Of a stretch of DNA of 64,000 bases, positions 63,486-64,000 are shown one piece after another; the first letter of the stretch is position 1; each line of letters starts with the position of its first letter. The position numbers were made by a program, and so were the translations under genes. The stretch is taken from contig JAAZZH010000003.1 in NCBI GenBank assembly GCA_014239265.1, positions 3,953 through 67,952 of the forward strand. The letters run 5' to 3'. Under the pieces are notes generated by a model. That model did not search any database. It was not told the origin of the DNA and saw only the letters and a list, made by a program, of their open reading frames with translations. The stretch is from Actinomycetota bacterium. Lineage in GTDB: Bacteria > Actinomycetota > Acidimicrobiia > Actinomarinales > Actinomarinaceae.

Positions 63486-64000
63486 CTATAGTGGGGAGTC
63501 TCCTTCGTTAAAATCTCTAAATAGACTAGCTGCAAACACGGGTCCCATATATGCTAACGTCTCACCATCAAATAAATCAGATTCTGCTTCACTATCTAGT
63601 GCTGCTTGTAGTTTCTCTACTGCGGCATCCATAGCTTCTTTTGAGTCCCAAAAGTTCCAACTAATAGCACTATTACCATCAAAGACTGCTCCTGTTATTT
63701 GAAGACCATCTGAATCTTCATAAATAGGTTCTACCTTTTCTTTTAAAAAGTTTAAGACTGCATCGGTATCTTTAGCGACACCCACAACTAATCTTAAGTA
63801 ACTTGGTTTTTCTTCACCTACGCCTATGCTTTTGTAGACATTTCCAAACACTGCATCACCTTCATAAATTACCGGTGGTGCGGCCATGAAAGATGCTGCA
63901 TCTGCCAAAGTTGCTTGAATTTTTTCAGCTACTGCTTCTACAGCCTCTTTACTTTCCCAGGCAGCCATATTAATAAATGAGGTTTCCCCAGTTATAGCAG
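63486..64000 (-). CDS. Tandem ABM/Dabb-like (ferredoxin-fold) repeat protein, probably 5'-truncated by the window edge
   Basis: Internal repeat: AAWESKEAVEAVAEKIQATL vs NFWDSKEAMDAAVEKLQAAL. The frame stays open upstream of the tracked ATG (63968) to the window end (..ITGETSFIN-M). Confidence 0.4.
   Translation of the reverse strand, partial: AITGETSFINMAAWESKEAVEAVAEKIQATLADAASFMAAPPVIYEGDAVFGNVYKSIGVGEEKPSYLRLVVGVAKDTDAVLNFLKEKVEPIYEDSDGLQITGAVFDGNSAISWNFWDSKEAMDAAVEKLQAALDSEAESDLFDGETLAYMGPVFAASLFRDFNEGDSPL

Noticed and set aside
1-64000. Search by eye for tRNA (including tRNA-Sec), rRNA, tmRNA/RNase P-like GC-rich islands, CRISPR arrays, DnaA-box clusters, and in-frame TGA-split ORF pairs (selenoprotein genes).
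   Set aside because: I found none in any intergenic spacer. All spacers longer than 100 nt are accounted for by promoters, the hairpins listed, micro-ORFs or the R modules. A computational scan (tRNAscan-SE, Infernal) is still needed to be certain.

Overview
This is a very gene-dense, AT-rich chromosomal segment with about 75 protein-coding genes, most separated by 0-20 nt or overlapping. WhiB, a PPOX/F420-class protein and the rpsF-ssb-rpsR-rplI-dnaB block point to a streamlined low-GC actinobacterium, possibly a marine Actinomarinales-like lineage; that assignment is inference.

Content from left to right:
- mrp-selA-selB (selenocysteine decoding), whiB, and a TetR/CorC pair.
- A mannitol PTS operon with embedded ptsH.
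- A non-canonical glucitol-type PTS locus joined to an E1 alpha/beta TPP enzyme, a free lipoyl protein and a SAF-domain oxidoreductase, preceded by ptsI-ispD.
- The dnaB/ribosomal protein block, panB and msrA.
- A nucleoside/queuosine-salvage-like island: two IUNH hydrolases, a QNG1/DUF2419 homologue, transporters, rbsK, udp and a deoxyribosyltransferase.
- Two P450s, a Cys/Met PLP enzyme, a ceramidase-like protein convergent with an Ntn (penicillin/AHL) acylase, and assorted small-molecule enzymes and transporters.
- aqpZ, lysA and nfo.
- Two large tandem beta-propeller lipoproteins.
- A phosphinothricin-acetyltransferase-type GNAT gene bracketed by two near-identical ~156-bp modules. Each module looks like a complete small-RNA gene (promoter, two GCAA-capped hairpins, terminator).

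I saw no rRNA, tRNA, CRISPR, transposase, integrase or phage genes by eye.

Best candidates for something undescribed:
1. The gut-PTS / SAF-oxidoreductase / E1 / lipoyl / IspD locus.
2. The duplicated sRNA-like module flanking the PAT gene and preceding a P450.
3. The QNG1-centred nucleoside island.

All family calls come from motif recognition and remembered homologue sequences. No database search or folding calculation was possible.
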